A DNA stretch of 64,000 bases from Somniosus microcephalus (taxonomy: Eukaryota), in assembly GCA_052327205.1 (NCBI GenBank), contig CM126208.1:26288001-26352000 (forward strand), in the 5' to 3' direction. The notes beneath the pieces were generated by a model. The model worked only from the letters and a program-made list of their open reading frames with translations. It was not told the DNA's origin and made no database searches. Shown one piece after another: positions 61,415 to 64,000 of the stretch. Made by a program: the position numbers and the translations under genes. Each line of letters opens with the position of its first letter. The first letter of the stretch is position 1.

Positions 61415-62756
61415 ATACTCCTCAGACTAAATTTTATTCAACTGGTCTTACTGGAATGTAAAACTGTAACAAATTTTAAATGTGATCTGTTGGTGTTAAC
61501 GTCAACAGATTGCCCCCTTCCCTACCCAATACATAAGCTTGTTCCACCATTTCATCTTAGGATAGTCACATTAACCATCACTAGCAGGAAACACTTCTCA
61601 ACTCTTTAACCCACAGAAGCAACTTTGGATGTCTTGCCAGCATTTACACATCAGTATCTTTACAATGTGGTCAGTGTTTTGTTAAAAAAAGAAAAACTAA
61701 GATGTTGTTATTTCTAATTATAGATAGTATGTCTATGGAATCGAAATGCCAACTAAATAATTAAAAATAAGTTACTGTTAAGTTTTCATACATAAATTGA
61801 AAAACGTACTTCATACATCCATGAAAAATGAAAGCCCTGGCTACAGAAAGTTAAGGACAGCGCATTTCTTTTGGGAAACCTCTATGGGTTAAGGAGTTAA
61901 CTAGCATTTTATACATACATAATGATCCAAAAAATAATCCACAAATACTTCAGTCACTGTTTGTTTTTTTTATATAAGAAATTAAAAATTGTATTTCCAA
62001 AAGGCTTCCTATGCCTTTGCTAAGTGAACACCTGTACTCTGTGTGCACAGCCCTATAAACAAAAACAAAGGGAAAATACATCATCTAAAAATAACTAATA
62101 TTGAATATTTTAAGCCTGAGGTGTTTTCCTTTTAATCTATAGAAATGCTTTAAGTGTACAGCAAATTCTGCTGATTGGAAAGATGAGAAAAAAAAAAGTT
62201 TAAGAAATTCAGAACAGCAGCAGGCCAAAGCAATAAAGCAAGAGGCCCAGTGGCAAGGCAGCTAATGGTTTTGCTTTCTGCTGCTCGCTGGTTTGACATT
62301 TATGGGAATGAACACTCGAACCTTCCCACCAAATTAAATGTGCTTTGTCAGATGCCCAGGCTGCTAGGTACAGGTGTCCCACCCATGCAGCAAAAATAAA
62401 ACGCCATCTTCCTCGTGGAAAACACCAGCTACAACAGGAGAAAGACTGCTTTTAATGGAAGCACAATTTTTAACTAAATGTTTATTGCAGCACAGGTCTG
62501 ATAATGTATTTACAACAGGATTTTTTTTTTCTTCTCTGTTTGGTGGTTTTAATTATCCAATATAAGAACCTGAGAATCTGCGTTGCAAACTTTTGAGCGA
62601 AACCCAGTACCTCCACTCTAGGTGCGTCCTCCTCTGACCTGTCAATTCCTCAAAAAACAGCTCGTTCTTGTGCCAGGGAGATAGGATTCCTCGGCACCTT
62701 GCACCTCGGATGCAATATGCCACTGAACACCATTAAATGCACAGTTACATAATTTA
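61415..62756 (-). other. PTPN2: PTPN2 3' UTR (TC48-type transcript)
   Basis: Repeat-free AT-rich stretch after the stop codon; AATAAA on - at 61433-61438. Confidence 0.55.
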
Positions 62757-62952
62757 TCATTGGAAGTACATGGAGCAGCACACAACAGCTCCAACTGCAA
62801 GAGTAGCAACTGCAGCAATGTTAATGAGAACAGGTCTCCAATATAACCACCTTTTTCGCTTCATCTCAGTTTCACTTAGCTTCTGCTTCATTCGCTGTAC
62901 CTTCTGCACCGTGTTGGCGATCCTATCCTCGCGAAGTCGTTTTCGAAGGTTA
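62757..62952 (-). CDS. PTPN2: Last coding exon of tyrosine-protein phosphatase non-receptor type 2 (TC-PTP, long isoform)
   Basis: Acceptor TTTGTCTTTTCAG. NLRKRLREDRIANTVQKVQRMKQKLSETEMKRKRWLYWRPVL followed by a hydrophobic tail parallels human TC48 ALRKRIREDRKATTAQKVQQMKQRLNENERKRKRWLYWQPIL (recalled). Confidence 0.88.
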
Positions 62953-63107
62953 CTGAAAAGACAAACGGGAAAATGATGCATCGAAAGCCAAGGATAAATG
63001 ACCAAGCTCAACTGGAACTGTTCAACCAAAAATAAAAAACCCATTTAGTGTAGTTCTCTTGCATACAGCACAAAGGGGCAGCATGTGGCTCTGTGGGACA
63101 CTGACTC

Positions 63108-63608
63108 ACAACAACTTGTATTTATATAGCGCCTTTAACGTAGTAAAACATCCCAAGCCATTGTACAGGAGTATTTTAAGACCAAAAAACTTGACACCGA
63201 TCCAATAAGGATAAATTAGGGCAGGTGACCAAAAGCTTGGTCAAAGAGGTAGGTTTTAAAGAGCGTCTTAAAAGGAGGAAAGAGGGGTAGCGAGGCGGAC
63301 AGGTTTAGGCAGGGAATTCCAGAGCTTAGGGCCCAGGCAACAGAAGGCACGGCCACCAAAGGTTGAGCGATTATAATCAGGGATGTTCAAGAGGGCAAAG
63401 TTAGAGGAGCGTAGATATCTGGGGGGGGGGGGGGGGGGCGGTTGTGGAGCTGGAGATTACAGAGATAGGGAGTGGCGAGGACATGGAGGGATTTGAAAAC
63501 AAGGATGAGAATTTTGAAATTGAGGCACTGCTTAACCGGGAGCCAATGTAGGTCAGCGAACACAGGGGTGATGGGCGAACGGGACTTGGTGCGAGTTAGG
63601 ACATGGGC
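63108..63608 (-). mobile_element. L2 LINE 3' fragment in a PTPN2 intron
   Basis: Highly similar to 13597-14380. Confidence 0.85.
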
Positions 63609-64000
63609 ACACCTACGACTGAGACCCTGACCTCAGTCACGTCAAGTACAGCAGCACTGAGCAGACAACATTACCTCCCTGCATTGGCAGCAGGGTGGAT
63701 TCCAAAGAGTAAATCATCAAGAGGCCAATCTTACACTAGTCACCCGCTCAGAGCAGTATCTGTAGAGGCTTGGGAACAAGTCACCCTCAGATATTGCAAG
63801 GTCTGAAAGGAAGGGAAAGAAAATGGAAGAGGTGCCAAAAAGAAAAATATATTAGTTCTATTACACTAAAGTTGAGTTTTGTTTTAGTAAAAACAGAATG
63901 CAACAATTATTTTTGATGTTTTTGTCTGCACATCTCCTATGATGCAAATAATTCCAATAGAAGCACACTATCAGATATGAAAATTGCTTTTTTTTTAAAA

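Noticed and set aside
62757-63044. ORF as a standalone 95-aa membrane protein, or as PTPN1
   Set aside because: The first part is intronic (acceptor at 62953-62955), and the RKR.REDR...KRKRWLYW region is PTPN2-like.

Overview
Repeat-dense vertebrate genomic DNA, most likely a cartilaginous fish (inferred from the repeat set: several CR1 families, Deu-domain SINEs, a V-SINE, Penelope fragments). It holds one complete protein-coding gene on the + strand, FAM210A or a close paralogue. That gene has a CpG-island promoter and probable non-coding exon 1 near 8.2 kb, and coding exons at 20697-21181, 30254-30365 and 34563-34796 (276 aa). Facing it on the - strand is the last coding exon and 3' UTR of a PTPN2 (TC-PTP, TC48-type) gene at 62757-62952. 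Nearly all other ORFs are retroelement or transposon debris: CR1, L2, RTE, an RTEX-like LINE, Rex1/Babar, Penelope, Harbinger, solo LTRs and MITEs. The most notable signals are: (1) a Penelope hammerhead ribozyme, plus a mini-insertion whose inversion junction falls at the predicted cleavage site; (2) two solo-LTR-like copies with asymmetric non-canonical ends (CATTAG...ACA) and 4-bp target-site duplications (TSDs); (3) a TA-targeting MITE family carrying RFX X-box-like palindromes, amplified four-fold in one copy; (4) a young, stop-free RTEX-like insertion that is a horizontal-transfer candidate; (5) an orphan GC-rich promoter-like region near 56 kb that may drive an unannotated - strand transcript; (6) a tail-to-tail FAM210A/PTPN2 arrangement unlike the human one. 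All calls were made by eye with no database search, so family names and repeat boundaries are approximate.
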